Positions 38,201 to 51,216 of a DNA stretch of 64,000 nt are shown here, piece by piece. Made by a program: the position numbers and the translations under genes. The notes under the pieces were generated by a model. It ran no database searches, was not told the origin of the DNA, and saw only the letters and a list, made by a program, of their open reading frames with translations. How positions within the stretch are numbered: position 1 is the stretch's first letter; each line of letters begins with the position of its first letter. The stretch spans positions 106,206,001 through 106,270,000 of the forward strand of contig NW_024704742.1 of NCBI RefSeq assembly GCF_018977255.1. The letters run 5' to 3'. The DNA is from Callorhinchus milii (lineage: Eukaryota).

Positions 38201-40398
38201 AGTCTAGATCTCTTATAGCAAACCAGACGACCCAGACGTCGGGAAGAGTATAATCAATTATCTGGGTTAGCTTGAATATTGATAGAAGTTAGGTTCAGAT
38301 CGTCGACTGGAGACAAAATGATCTTTGTGAGTACAGTAACCTCATCGACAATAATAATAATATTTGCATTTGATATAGCACCTATAACATTGAATTCTAT
38401 CCACTTCAAATGTGTCCAAAATGCGACAATACCTGGAAAGTGTCTGTGAGAAAGAAGCCATTTGACCCATTGTGCCTGTGCCACTAAATCTTCCTTTATA
38501 TTACTCCCACTTTCCAGTCAATAACTATTACTCTCTATGACCTCAGGATTCCTTTTGCGCCTGTATATCTTCTAGGTTGGAAAATATGTGTCAATGTGGA
38601 GAATTTTACAATACACTTCAGAATTGCTACTTTCTGTTGTTAAGTAGAAATTTAGAGACATTTTGTCCTTACTATTGATTGCTCCTTCAAGTAATCAGGG
38701 AAGTTTAGACAAGCTGCCAGTCAAGAAACTGCAGTCTTACCAACCAATTCCAAAAAAAAACTAGCACTGGTGATGTCACAGCATTTTGAAGGTTATAATA
38801 ATCTTTGAAGGTCGATTTGCTGGAAAAAGGTTCAAAGCATCTGCGGGACTGTTGGATGAACCTGATTTTTTGCCTGAGTTCCTGCTATCATCAGCTCTTT
38901 GTGAATCATCAGGATCTTCACAAGCACTTTTCAGTCCAGCTCCACTAATCCACAGATGTGATGATGTGCAGCCAACCATGATAATTTGACTTAGTACGAG
39001 TTATTATGGGCTCAAAACATGTTGCTATGCTGAATCTTTATAGAGACATTATTGAGTGTTCAAAGTGTTTGCATTTGAATGTGATTGCATGTATTCTCCC
39101 CACCCCCAGAAATGACCAGGAAAGGGTAGCTTCAAAATATTCCAGGGCTATCAGTAAAATGCACGTTTCCATTCTGGTGTATATATCGATCAATAAGATG
39201 CGAACCTCTGCGGTATGCAGCAGGCTGAGTAATTTGTGATGTCAATGTTATTTTGGTAACAAATAGGTATATTAGCAACTGAAAAAAACTGATCTTTGCC
39301 CTGATACTGCATCATCAGTGAATGCTGCTGCCTCCTCCACCAAACTATGTAAACAATCTGAAGGTCCCCCGTTTGATAAGCCACACTCCACCAGCCAAAC
39401 TGAGACCACAATGAAAGAAAGAAATTGCATTTTTATTGCAAATTATCTTGCTTTGCAGTAGTTATTGTCACACATATTGATTGCTTTTGTAGGCAAACAT
39501 AGCAGCTAATTTGCACACAGCAATATCCCAGAAACAGACACAAAATGAATGTCCAATTTATTAGGAAGATTACTGGCTCAGCCAACAATCATTTCTAGTT
39601 TGACTGACTGTATAAGTCAGGGTCTAAGGCCTAGCCTAATGACGTTAGTAAATATTGCTTTAGAAGCATCTCATAAGTTTTTGAAGGCAGGGAGAGAGAT
39701 AATAAGGCAAAAAAAGGTGTTAGAAATGATTTTGAGGAGACAAGGCACAATGGCTGAGGAATGGCCAATACTGGAGTAAAAAGGGTGAGGACCAATAGTC
39801 AGAAGAATGAAGAATTAAATAGGAATGGAGAAAATTATATAGAGAAGGTGGGGCAAAAAATTTGGTGGATTGGTTGAGCAGGATATTTAACTCAATCTTC
39901 TGAGGTTCTGGGAGCCAATGGAGTTTGGCAAGAATGGGGTTAATGGGTGTTCAGTGGCATGTGGTAGGAGTGCACTCAGCCTGAAGCTTCGGAAAGTGGA
40001 GTTACAAAGGGTGGTGAGCACAGAATGTTCTCAAAGTGATGATACATAAGGGTTTAAGTGGAACAATAAGTTCAAGTTATAAGCACATAATATTCTGGAG
40101 ATGAAGAAGGCAGTATTGATGATGGACCAGATGTGAGGTATAAAAATTCAGCTCATGGTCAGAATCCGAAGGTTATGTGACCCCTGTTTCAGCCTGAGCG
40201 AGCAGCCAAGGAGGAGGATGAAATCAGAGCTAGAGAAACATAGGTGTTGGCAAGAATGAAACAAGATGGTTTCAATATTGTTGACATTTCAGTTGCAGAC
40301 TATATGGTTCATCCAGGACATGTTGGCAGACAGGCAAGCACAACAACAGTACTGTGAACAAGAGTAGTGTTAAAGAGGTAGAGCTGTGTTTTACCAGC

Positions 40399-40399
<1 letters not shown>

Positions 40400-40442
<43 letters not shown>
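40400..40442. repeat. (AAT)n microsatellite
   Basis: Direct observation. Confidence 0.95.
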
Positions 40443-40731
40443 CCACACTATGGATTGATACTCAATTTCAGTGCTGGGGAATGCTGCATTGTTAGAAGGA
40501 TGACATATTAAACTGAAGTCCCTGATGTTAAAGAACCTATGACATTGTTCGACAAGAAAAGAGAAATTCTCCTGGTGTCGTAGCCATCAATCTCCCATAT
40601 AAAAACTGTGTTCACCTACCAATACACAGTCACTACACTTAACAATTGCTGTTACTAACCCTTAGTAATTGAAATGCTTCCAGTTGCTTCAATGTTATTA
40701 GGTGCTATATGAAATGCAAGGATTATTATTA
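40443..40731 (+). mobile_element. Deu-domain SINE remnant
   Basis: CAGTGCTGGGGAATGCTGCATTGTT...GATGTTAAAGAACCTATGAC...TCTCCTGGTGTC, with tail GCAAGGATTATT. Confidence 0.65.
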
Positions 40732-41469
40732 TGCTTGGGAGTAGCATATGAATGAAGAGTAAAAGAGAACCAAGGATAGAGAGCCTTGGGGTACACTCGA
40801 GGTTATCCTGTGGAAACAGGATTAGAAGCCATCATTGGAGATGTGTGTTGCTACTGGGACAGGTGGAAATGAAACCATGAAGGTGTGATGCTGTAAAGGT
40901 GGACCAATCATGAAAGGCAGTGGAAGAGAACAGAATAAACTTTACTTGGATCCATGCTCATCCCCCACTTAAACTTATTTGGTGTTTTTGTGACAGCTCC
41001 AGTTTCTGACAGCTGAAACCTAGACATGAGGCGATTGATTTGATAAACACAGCACTGCTATTTCCGAGTGTCACTGGAGCAAGTGGAAATACTGCTGACA
41101 CCCAGAAATGCAATCCCAGAGTGGTTGAAACACAATCAGCATTGAGCTGAATTAGCACTGTGTCAAATACGATGACATTGTGTAAATTACAGCCTTCATA
41201 ATATTGTTCCTTGGAACTTTTTGCTGAAAGTTTGAGTAAACTACAAGATTGTTTTGTTGATCTTATAAGTGTAATGGTTGCCACAATAATAACACTGCAA
41301 GATTATGCTCAAACTTTCCCGCTAAAACATTGTGATAAGTTTTGGAGCTTATCTAAGATAGAACACTCCTGACATATTTCTGTTCATTGCATATGTTCCC
41401 ATAAGAATTGACATATTTTTAATTGAAGTTATAGATTTTTACTTTAATACTGAAACAGAATGTGCTGTG

Positions 41470-41790
41470 ATATGGAATCATGGAAGATTTACAGCATCGG
41501 AGACCATTTGGTCTATCATACTGATGCTGTTGCCAACACCTCTCACCGGAGCTTTTTACTCTAGTCCAGTTCTTCCCTAAACCTTTTAATCTTGTTTATC
41601 GTCAAGTATTTACCTATAGCTCTTTTTCAAAAGCTGTTGCTGCCTTGCTTTCGGTGGCCTTTGTGCTACAGTATTCTATATTCTAATCCTCTGTGTATAA
41701 AAAATATTAACTCAACTTCCCCCTTGTTGCTTCTGATGATAACCTCAATTTCTATCCTGTTGTTACTGATTGACCAAACAGTGGATAGAA
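41470..41790 (-). mobile_element. CR1 3' end remnant
   Basis: AGATTTACAGCATCGGAGACCATTTGGTCTATC and ATTCTATATTCTAATCCTCTGTGTATAAAAAA. Confidence 0.5.
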
Positions 41791-43340
41791 AATATGCAAG
41801 GAAGTGCTGATTTTTTTCTTTGTCGAACAAGCTCTACATGTTGTCCATTCGCATTTCTTTCAATGTAAATTCAATTTTCCCCTCATTTCTCAGGAGATTA
41901 CAGGCTTATTTCTAAAGTAGTTTCAATTAATTGTTTTGATTTTGCATTAATGAAATTGGGGAATCGATTCCCTAATCCAGCCCCTGCCCTAGCCTATCAG
42001 GTCTCTTGGAGCGTTAAAGATGACAGTGATGCCCTTGTGTGTATTTCATGTACCACTAGCTCCATGGGAAGCAAGATAAGCCTACAGTCTACTGAGCACA
42101 TCCACCTGGAAAAAATAGTGACCTTGGCAGGTTAGCAGGACTCCTTCCAATCAATGCCATTTATTCTCATATTAGATGGAATATGCCGTATTGCTATGCC
42201 GTTGCACAATGATCAGGGTTTCCTAGGTTAAGATGCGGTGGGTGATGTGTTCGCTTCACTAAGATTCCAAATTGAACAGGTATAGAGAAAAGTGCAGTGG
42301 TTACTGAACTCAATTCATTACTGAGTTGATGCTTGGAATATTTAAGGAACTCTTCATTGACTGGGCAGAAAATGTGGTCAAAAGATACGACAACCTGTCG
42401 TTAATGACAATTAGAACTCAATCCCCTTCCCTCAACTCTGGACAATGGTTTTCTCCCACAGCATTTCCACATTCCAAACTGTCATCGTGTTTTTCCTACT
42501 TGGTGAGGACTTGAGCTCTTTATTTCTGGAAGAGTTGTAAGTTTTACACTGAGTAAAAACATGGTCCATTTGAAACACTTGGTATCTGTAACACGCAGTA
42601 CCTATCCAGTTCAGACTATCCTTTGGGGCATTGGCTTGCAGAATGGTGGACATTCCTACATCTCAAAGTCTCATTTTTAAGCTAGATATACTATTAAACC
42701 ATCAAAATTGTCTTGGATTTTGTAGATCTGTTCAATTCCACCTCCTCCCACATAATCTCCCCTCCCACAGAAACAAATATGTCCCTGCACATATTGGCTT
42801 GTTCTCCAAAACATGCTTAACTAGTTTATTTGAAGCCATTCAGTTTATAGTTTATTTGAAACCATACATCAACTGCGTTTATAGAAATCTGTTCCACATA
42901 TTCACTGATCTCTGGTCTTGCTTGAAGTCTTTAAATTTAAACCTTGTGTCAAGTGAAATCATTTTGCATCAGCCATGGTACATCCTCTAATTATTTTTAA
43001 CAATGCAAACAGTTTAAACTCAGTGAGAGTCACACATACAAATACACACACAAACCTACATACATAGACAAGGGTCATCCATAAAGTATATATCTGAAAA
43101 TCTGATTTCTTGAAGTTCCCTTTGACAAATGCTAATCATATAAATTTGTTCCCTCCATTAATTACAAATTTTACTTGTTTCCCCAAAAAACAAACTGGGT
43201 TCTGCAGATGCCTTTTCCATACACATCTGTTACATTTCCGGCTTAGTAGGTACCATTCTCACCTCTGAGTCAGAGCTTGTTGGTTCAAGCTCAGAGTCAT
43301 GACTTTATTATTATTATAATGTTATTAAAAATCATCAAGT

Positions 43341-44002
43341 TGTAATGGTGGAAGTTGGGTCATGGGTAGGCCGGTTTGTTTGAGCATCACCGTTCCTCCT
43401 GGTCCCTTCACGTAGCAGGGTTGATAGAGGCTGTTCATCCTCCCACGACCCCTCGCTCCGCACAATTGGTCTCCACGACCCACTCTCAGACACCACAAAA
43501 TTTTCGATTGGTGCCGTTATGGCTCGGGCAGTGTGTTGGGTGGTGCTCTTGCTCGGAGTCAAAGTTTCAGTGGAGTAGGCAGTGCCAAAGGGTCTCGCCA
43601 ATGACCCTGGTCAGGCTTACTATCTTGTCTGCATGGTGCCTCACTGTCTCAGTTATTCACTCTCTTTTTGTGAGTGGCAGAACATGTGACCAAAGGTATA
43701 AAGGCTGGGTGTTTGAGGCAGGTTTGTGCTGCTGTACTGTTGGAGGAACTTCTGATAAAAAGCTGGTCAGCTCGCCCGTGCGACTCAACCTGTAAGTGCC
43801 TTCATGTATTGCGACTCTGACTTAATTTAAGGCTTTGGGTGCCATTAATTGTATGCTCGTGACCAATAAATTGTTTGAATTATTTTTGAATTGCATGTAT
43901 TTTACTCATAAATATAAACGGGTTATTGGTTTTGTCCTCCCGACTTGAAAAACCCCGACTCTAGTCACTGGGAGATTGGGTATAAATACCAGCTCTGTGA
44001 CA
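43341..44002 (+). mobile_element. Candidate solo LTR (Gypsy/ERV-type), ~662 bp
   Basis: TGTAAT...GTGACA termini; TATAAA at 43697; AATAAA at 43865; flanks AAGT and TAGT (4-bp TSD with one mismatch); GC/CpG-richer than its surroundings. Confidence 0.65.
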
Positions 44003-45518
44003 TAGTATAGTGGTTGCATTTGTAGACAAATGTGGCAGTCAATTTGTTCACAGAAAACTCCCACAAAAGCTATGAAGTAAACGACCAATTTATCTGGAAG
44101 ATTGTTGGACAGGACAACAATCATTCACAGTTTGACCTACAGTATGAGACAGGGGCTATAGCCGGGAGATGATCAGTACTTTATAGATTCCCTTTATAAG
44201 CAATGTTCTGTTAACAAACCTGGTGATGTGTCTGCAAGAGTTATTAGCAAGACTGCATTACTTTGTTTTTTTTGTGTGGAGAGAGGATGGGAAGTGAATT
44301 ACGCAATGCACAGAAACCCTTACATAACTCATCCTTGTCATCAATACTCCAGAAATATGATTTTGACAAGAAAATTGCAGGAAACATGATTTACAGTAGG
44401 ATGATTTATAATACTGAAATGCTGATATTCCCTCCTCTCTCTTCTTCTCCTCCCACCCTCCCATTCAAACAACCAAAATACCATAAAGAGGATATGGGTT
44501 TACTGGGTGGACACTAAAAATTACTGAGTATCTATTGAGTCTTCATAAATGTCATGTTTTATCTTCTTGTTCATAAGCAGTCCAGATGGGTCAATATAGC
44601 ATAGCAGAAGTGTTTTTGAACATCATGCCTTATCCATTGAGCTGGAATGTTAAACAAATCTACAGCAGATGTTCGGAGGACCTGGGGAGAGTAACACAAC
44701 CGGCAACATTTACATCCTACTCTTGGAAAACTTGAAATTACCCCAACAGATGATAAAAAAATGAAGTAAAGAATATGTTTGAGAATAATGAATAATATTT
44801 GCATATTTGAACTTCTTTTGTCAAGAGTGTGGCATTTGGTTACTCTTGCCTATGATTAACGGAGTGGAACTCAGTAAAAAGGCAGTGGTTACATTTATAC
44901 TGAACTTTTATAGGTTTTACTAACACTCTGTGTTGACTAGAAATTTCAATGTGGCCTTTTTGTGACCAAAACACATTTTTTTTGTGGACAATCAGTGTCA
45001 CTTGACTGGGTAAGCAGCGCGATAATACTATAAATGTGGTAACCTCTCAATCCTGTGGGGCTCCTCGTGTCTAAGAGTAAAACAAGTAATCGTTAGGAAA
45101 ATTGCAAGACTTAGATTATTTCAATTAATGAAAGTCAAAGTCATTAGCAATCATGCTGTGAATCACTGGCAGAAACTTACAGGGAACTGAATTTCAAATG
45201 AGTAAAAGAAATGAAATTATGGTAATCACACAGCAGTCTCTGCAGAGCAACATCTTCCAATCAATTTGCACTTGTCATCATAAGTAACAACAACTTGCAC
45301 TTAGATAGATAGAGCTTTTCATGTTTCACGCATAGTAAATACATTTCAGTAGGGTTGTGTATCAGAGAAGCCCTGTATCCGGGTCAGTGCAAACAGTTTT
45401 GGATGAACACAGTGATGTCATTGGTAAGAAAGTACAGCCAGCAACATGTAAACAAGACTCCAAGCATGGCCAGATGTGACAGGCCAGGGTGAACGCTGTA
45501 TTAGATGCTTGGAGGATT

Positions 45519-46007
45519 ACAACAACAACAACAACAACAAGATTCCATATATAAAGCGCCTTTCACGTCAGGAGGACGTCCCAAGGCGCTGCACAGTTGG
45601 GTCATGACCCGAGCAGGGGGGAAATGGTCAGGGTGAGGGGAGGGAAGGGAGGGAGCGAGGAGGGGGGAAATGGTCAGGGGGAGGGAAGGGAGGGAGCGAG
45701 GAGGGGGAAGAGAGTCGAGAGGGGAGCTGAAGGCACGGTCAAAGAGAAAGGTTTTGAGACCGGCCTTGAAGGAGGAGAGGGAGGAAGCAAGGCGAAGGCA
45801 CTGGGGGATAGAGTTCCAGAGCCTAGGGGCTGAGAGGCTGAAAGCCCGACCACCGATGGTAGGGCGATTGGGGCGGGGGACGTGGAGCAGACCAGAGCCG
45901 GAGGAACGGAGGGTACGGGCAGGTAGGTAGGGGGATAGTAGGTTGGAGAGGGGAGGGAACAAGGCCGTGAATGGCCTTGTAGGTGAGGATGAGGATCTTG
46001 AAATCAA
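45519..46007 (-). mobile_element. Young L2 3' fragment
   Basis: LLSPYLPARTLRSSGSGLLHVPRPNRPTIGGRAFSLSAPRLWNSIP; (AAC)n tail; many CpGs intact. Confidence 0.95.
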
Positions 46008-46214
46008 GATTAGGAGGACGTCTGACTTAAAGAGAAGCCTGACTTGAAGAAAAGCATCAAGGAGAAGTATGCCTAGTGGTTCATAATCATCTTCCCTCTC
46101 CGCAATCTTTCTCAGCTCCCATCCTCAGCTCTGATGCCCGGCCAGAATTGTCAAGTGCTTTGGGACATCCTCCCAACTTGAAAGGTACTACATAAGTGCA
46201 AATTATATTGCATT

Positions 46215-46628
46215 GTCATAACAAATGTTGCTTTTGATATAGCATCTTATCTTGTCATTGAAATATCATAAAACCCTTCACAGGATTTTACTTTAGTATT
46301 GGGACTGTGCATTCATAGGTGAACACAACTGCCAATTTGCACACATTAATGTCCCACAAACAACCATGAAGGGAATGACCAATTTTATCTGTAGGCTTGA
46401 TAACCAGATTACCGAGAGAACCCCTCCCTTTTCAAATAGTGCCATGGAATCTTTATTGTACACAGCATATGCAACCTTGATTTAATGTCTCATCCAAAGG
46501 TTGGCACCTCCAACACTCCCCCAGAACTGCACTGGAATGCCAGCCTTGACCAAGTCCTGACCTGTTGTCTTAACCCACATCCTTCTGACTCAAAGGTAAG
46601 TGTGACCCCAATTGAGCCAGGCTGACAT
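46215..46628 (-). mobile_element. Near full-length Deu-domain SINE
   Basis: Reverse tail, TTCAAATAGTGCCATGGAATCTTT, TCTCATCCAAAGGTTGGCACCTCCAACA, and head CCAATTGAGCCAGGCTGAC. Confidence 0.8.
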
Positions 46629-47006
46629 TGAATATAACAGGACATATGTACACATTTGGGAAAGCTGAAACTGTGATGATATGTATTCACTGAAACAAAG
46701 GACAACATTAGGACTAGTTCAGTAGAGGAGCAGCTTGTTACAATGGGGTTTGTGCAACTTTAAATGGTATTGGTTTTTACATGGATATTTGTCCTTTTGT
46801 TTTTGGGAGGAAAGATAACCAGGAGGAGAATTGGGGGTTCTTCCTCCTCCCCCCCCCTCCCTGTACACACACAAGGAAGCGAGTACTTCACATGTACACC
46901 TTACGAAGAAACCATTTGCATATTCTGGTGCCTTGAACCAATTGTTCTGCTAAAAGGTTGGGCAATGATCTTTATGCTGGATCAAATTCCATAATCAAGT
47001 GCGTAA

Positions 47007-47032
47007 ACTACGCTTGATCTTAGCCAAAAGGC
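47007..47032 (-). pseudogene. U2 snRNA 5' fragment (about nt 12-37)
   Basis: Minus strand GCCTTTTGGCTAAGATCAAGCGTAGT versus U2 GCCTTTTGGCTAAGATCAAGTGTAGT (one mismatch in 26 nt). Confidence 0.85.
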
Positions 47033-47369
47033 TTTGCAGAGTTATCTGTCACATACTCAAATCACAGTCTCACCCAAACTGCCCACGCTGAGAGGTCAGA
47101 TTCCCAATGCTCTGCATTTATGGAGCCTGTTGCTGCATTTAGTCTGCATAGTAGAAGAGTTCAATGCCTGCATGTATTGAACTGGATCTTGCTTGTGAAG
47201 ATTAATAAGCAGCATGTGTGTTTTCCCAGCACATTCACTGTTACTTCAGTGTTTCCATATAATGTCTATACTGTAAATCAATAAATGTTCACGGTCAATT
47301 TAAATTACCGAGGACCTGGTTTTGCTGCACTACAGCCATGCGCTTATGCAGCACTCTACTGTTAGAGAG

Positions 47370-47670
47370 AACAAGCTTGCATTTATATAACAGTTTGTCA
47401 CATCCAAACGTCTCATAGTGTTTTACCGTAATTAGTGTCAAGTGTAGTCACTGTTTTTGTCAGCAAACACAGTAGCTATTTTGCACACAACAAGGTCAGA
47501 ATACTAATAAGTCTGGAGGAATGTCGACCAGGGCATTGGGAGAAACTCCCTATTCTTTTCTAATAGTCATGGCATCTTTTGCATACACCTGAAGAAAAGG
47601 CAGATGGGAACTTGATTTAATATCTCATCCAAAAGATGGCATCTCTGACAATACTTCACCTGTACTGTAT
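47370..47670 (-). mobile_element. Deu-domain SINE remnant
   Basis: CTTGCATTTATATA tail; GGGAGAAACTCCC...TTTAATATCTCATCCAAAAGATGGCATCTCTGACA. Confidence 0.7.
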
Positions 47671-49359
47671 TGTACTATTAATCTCCAACACTGCTCGTGG
47701 AAACAGTTGTATTGCTTTTTCTCATTCAGCTAACTAATGCCAGCTTTGACTGTCGGTGTGCTTTCTCCACTGCACAGTTTGCAGTGTGCTGCAAAGATTC
47801 CTCAACAGAGACCATCAGCAAGACGTTAACAATCCAAACAATTCCTCTATGTTTTGGTAAAATATCTTAATGGTGGTTTTTGATAGGTGGGAATGTTGAG
47901 AGAAGCACTTAACATGGACAACATATATATTAGGTCCATCCACATATATTCCTTGGTGTTTGTGCATATCAGCATTGTCCTTACTTTTAGTAAGAAAAAA
48001 ATGTCAGGTCCTTGTTCATATAATTATCCAGTTCTATCACTCCTTAGTAAGGAAATAGCAATGAGTTACATATTCACCTGCTGAGCAAATAACGACTCGG
48101 GAATTGGTTAGAAACATAGGGAGAAGCAGTCAGTATTATCACCGGTGGTAATTATTATAAGGACAGAAAATGCGTTACTTTTATGTCCTCAAAAACACTC
48201 CTGCTCCCCACCCAAATTTTTGGAGAATTGTTTCTCCCTCCAGACCTTTCAGACTTGAATCACCACCATCTAAAAGCAAGTGAGTCATCTTTTGACTTCT
48301 AGTTGTCAGGTATGGCCATTTAACTTTATTCTTTACTTGGAGAAATTGTGTTATGGCACTATCTGGAAGAATAACTGAAAAAAATAACTGAAAATTCCTG
48401 TTCTCTGTGGCCTGAATTAAAGACTATGTATGTCAATCTGGCTCAGTGGTACCACTCTCGCTTCTGAGTCAACAACACCAACAACAACAACTTGCATTTA
48501 TATAGCACCCCTCAAGCAGGGTAGTATCCCAGAGTGCTTAAAGTCAGAAGGTTGTGGTGCCATCCTTTGGACTTGGAATCATGTAGACTAAGCTGACATT
48601 CCAATGCAGTGCTCAATGTAAACAATAATTTTAGTGATAAATATCACATTACAGGAGGAAGTCATTCAATCCAGCACACCTATGCTGGTGCAAACTCCTC
48701 CAATGGAGTTGTCTAATTTCATCCCTGCTCCCTATATCCTTCCTCTTCAAATACCTATCCAATTGTTGCTCTGTGGTGAATTGTAGTGATTTGTAAGCAA
48801 GGAATTATAATAATAATCTTTACATTTGGTATAACGCCTTTTACATCAGGAGACCATCCCAAAGTAATTCACAGGATATACTGTAAAGTGCAGTGACTAT
48901 TTTATTTTGTGTGGGCAAACCCAATTTGTTAAAATGGCCATTTAGGAACTGTTAAAATACTTGCAGATTTGTTTCTAGGTTCAGGAGATGACACACAGAC
49001 TGATCTGGGATTTCTTCTGAAAAAGAAGAAGATAGATTTCAGCAGCAACTGGATTTTCAACGTGAGTTTTTGAGCCACATTTCCATTACTGGATCATTTC
49101 TAAATCTGGTAGAAATGTGGTGACCCCTTACTTTTCAATCTATCAAAAGACCAGTGTCATAGCGGTGAAATAGCGAAGGACATTACAAAGGGAATAAAAG
49201 AACAGACTATTACTGCAGAGTTGATTTTGAGGAGATTATTAGCCTTTTACACAAGCTGTTAACCTTTTCAGGACTGCGAACGGCACTTCCATTTTACAAT
49301 AAAACAGAAAGTGTAGATTATACCATTTGCAGCTTATTTAAAGTATACAAATGCCATTC

Positions 49360-49815
49360 CAACATACAGAATTACATTAACTGTACAGCACCGAAACAGG
49401 TCATTCAAACCAACTGGTTTGTGGTGTTATTTATACTCCACATGAGCCTCCACTCCTCCACCCCTCCTAAATCTAAAATCTAATCTCCCTCCCATCACCC
49501 TCTATCCCCTACTCTTTCACTGTTCCCAATGTGAAAGGCGCTATACAAATGTAATTTTGTATTGTATTGTATGTTCTGAGTTTCTGCTTAAACATGTCGA
49601 TGCTTTCTGCTTCAACCACTGCTTCCAGTAATGAATTCCACATTCTCACCTCCCTCTGTGTAAATAAGTACCTTTTATACTCTTTTTCAGGTGTGCTTCT
49701 GGTTATCATATATATATATATATATATATAGTTTCACCAACAAAGGGAAACAGCCTAATCATGTCCATTTATCAAACTGTTTCATAATGATAAAAATCTC
49801 TGTCAGGTCTCCTCT
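49360..49815 (-). mobile_element. CR1 3' fragment with a nested L2 tail and (TA)n
   Basis: FTQREVRMWNSLLEAVVEAESIDMFKQKL on the minus strand is the classic CR1 ORF2 C-terminus. Confidence 0.8.
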
Positions 49816-50029
49816 CACATAAGAAATTCTGTACAAATTCAATGCATTCTAGTTTACCACCTCATTAAAGCACAGCACAATTGTAGAACAATTATTGTGA
49901 TAACAAAAAGGTTGTTTTTACTCTGGTAAAATGTCAGGGATAAGCCTGTTCCAAAAGGAAATGTTATATCAGAAGTGACATTTTACAGTCCTTTTTATTA
50001 AGATAAAGGTTTATCTCAGTAAAATGAAT

Positions 50030-50845
50030 TGACTTTCTACAGACCTCCCCTGTAGATTACCTAGACGCGCGGTTGATTATTTTTCCCCCTGATGTCCTGG
50101 GGGTAAAAATAAGCTACTTACTCAGGATTCCTTAGTTACTTAATTGGTGTGCAAATGGACTTATGATAGTAATTTACTGAAAAGCGCTTTTGTTGAAGTT
50201 ACTTGTAAGAAAATGCTTGCACCTTGAAGGCTATAATAGAAGTGCAGCCCTCCGAGGGTTAAAGGATGCCGCTGAAGTGGTTGCAGCTGAAAACTATGTT
50301 TCTCTTTGTCTATTGTTTGAGCAGTACCTTCCTAAGGGTTATGGAACCTGGCAGCACACTTTACTCTGGTGAAACGTCGTGCTGAATTTCTAACAAGAAT
50401 TCCCCTGCATATTGGTTTGTAACAGTGGTCGTCTGCGGTCTGAACTCATGCAATACAAATTCAATTCAAACTACAGTATCTCACGATTTGGGAAGGAAGC
50501 TGTTTGCAATGCAGTATTATTGCCCTGCCAAGGTCTGTGGGATGCATGAGTCTACATAATATTTATATTTTGTCAGTGCACCAGCTTTAACTGACTTTCA
50601 CAGTGGCAGCTGCCCGGGATGTATGTTTTGTTTCTCATGGCCAGTGAAAATCTCATAGTTAAAAGCATGCCGATTTCAGATGTGACAGAATGGCTAATTC
50701 ACACCACAGCAACTGTAATAATAAGTATTTTCACTTGTGCACAAGTAAAATAAACTATTAATGTCAGCTTTCGGTAATTTGCTTTGCACACTGAAATGGT
50801 GCATTTGGCCCATAATGGGAAAAGATGATAGTTCTCATTAATATT
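50030..50845. promoter_or_regulatory. Long candidate conserved non-coding element
   Basis: About 800 bp repeat-free, with retained CpGs, TTAATTGG, TAATTTAC, TGACAG/CTGTCA (MEIS/TALE), CAGCTG E-boxes and CTATTGTT (SOX) motifs. Confidence 0.55.
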
Positions 50846-50865
50846 ACGGTCTCTGGTATAAGTGT

Positions 50866-51140
50866 TAACCTGGCTCAGTTGGTAGCACTCTCGTCTTTGT
50901 GTCAGCAGATTGTCGGGACTTGAATTTACATAGACTAAAGTGATGCTTCAGTTCAGTGCTGGGAGAGCACTGCATTGTTGGAGGTGTTATCTTTCAGATG
51001 AGATGTTAAACCGAGGTCCTGTCTGTCTGTTCAGGTGGATGTTAAAATTCCCATGGCACCATTCTAAAGGAGAAATGAGTTTCCCCTAGCAACAATCCTC
51101 CAAATAAAATTGATCATTTATTTCATGGCTGTTTGTGGAA
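50866..51140 (+). mobile_element. Deu-domain SINE
   Basis: CCTGGCTCAGTTGGTAGCACTCTCG head; TTTCAGATGAGATGTTAAACCGAGGTCCTGTCTG..TTCAGGTGGATGTTAAAATTCCCATGGCAC core. Confidence 0.85.
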
Positions 51141-51216
51141 AATTATTATAATGAATATAAGAATGAACTTCTTGCTTCATTACATTTGTGCTGTGTAAAT
51201 CCTTCTCTGAACATTT

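Larger units (their letters stand above)
39690..40930 (-). mobile_element. Ancient L2 remnant interrupted by (AAT)n and a Deu-SINE
   Basis: AGAGAACCAAGGATAGAGAGCCTTGGGGTACAC (reverse of a frameshifted VPQGSILG motif) at ~40765-40797, plus a purine-rich L2 antisense signature. Confidence 0.6.

Noticed and set aside
38776-38989. Overlapping ORFs on both strands
   Set aside because: No splice signals or known motif.
40958-41284. 108-aa ORF in unique DNA
   Set aside because: Non-ATG start and no recognisable homology.
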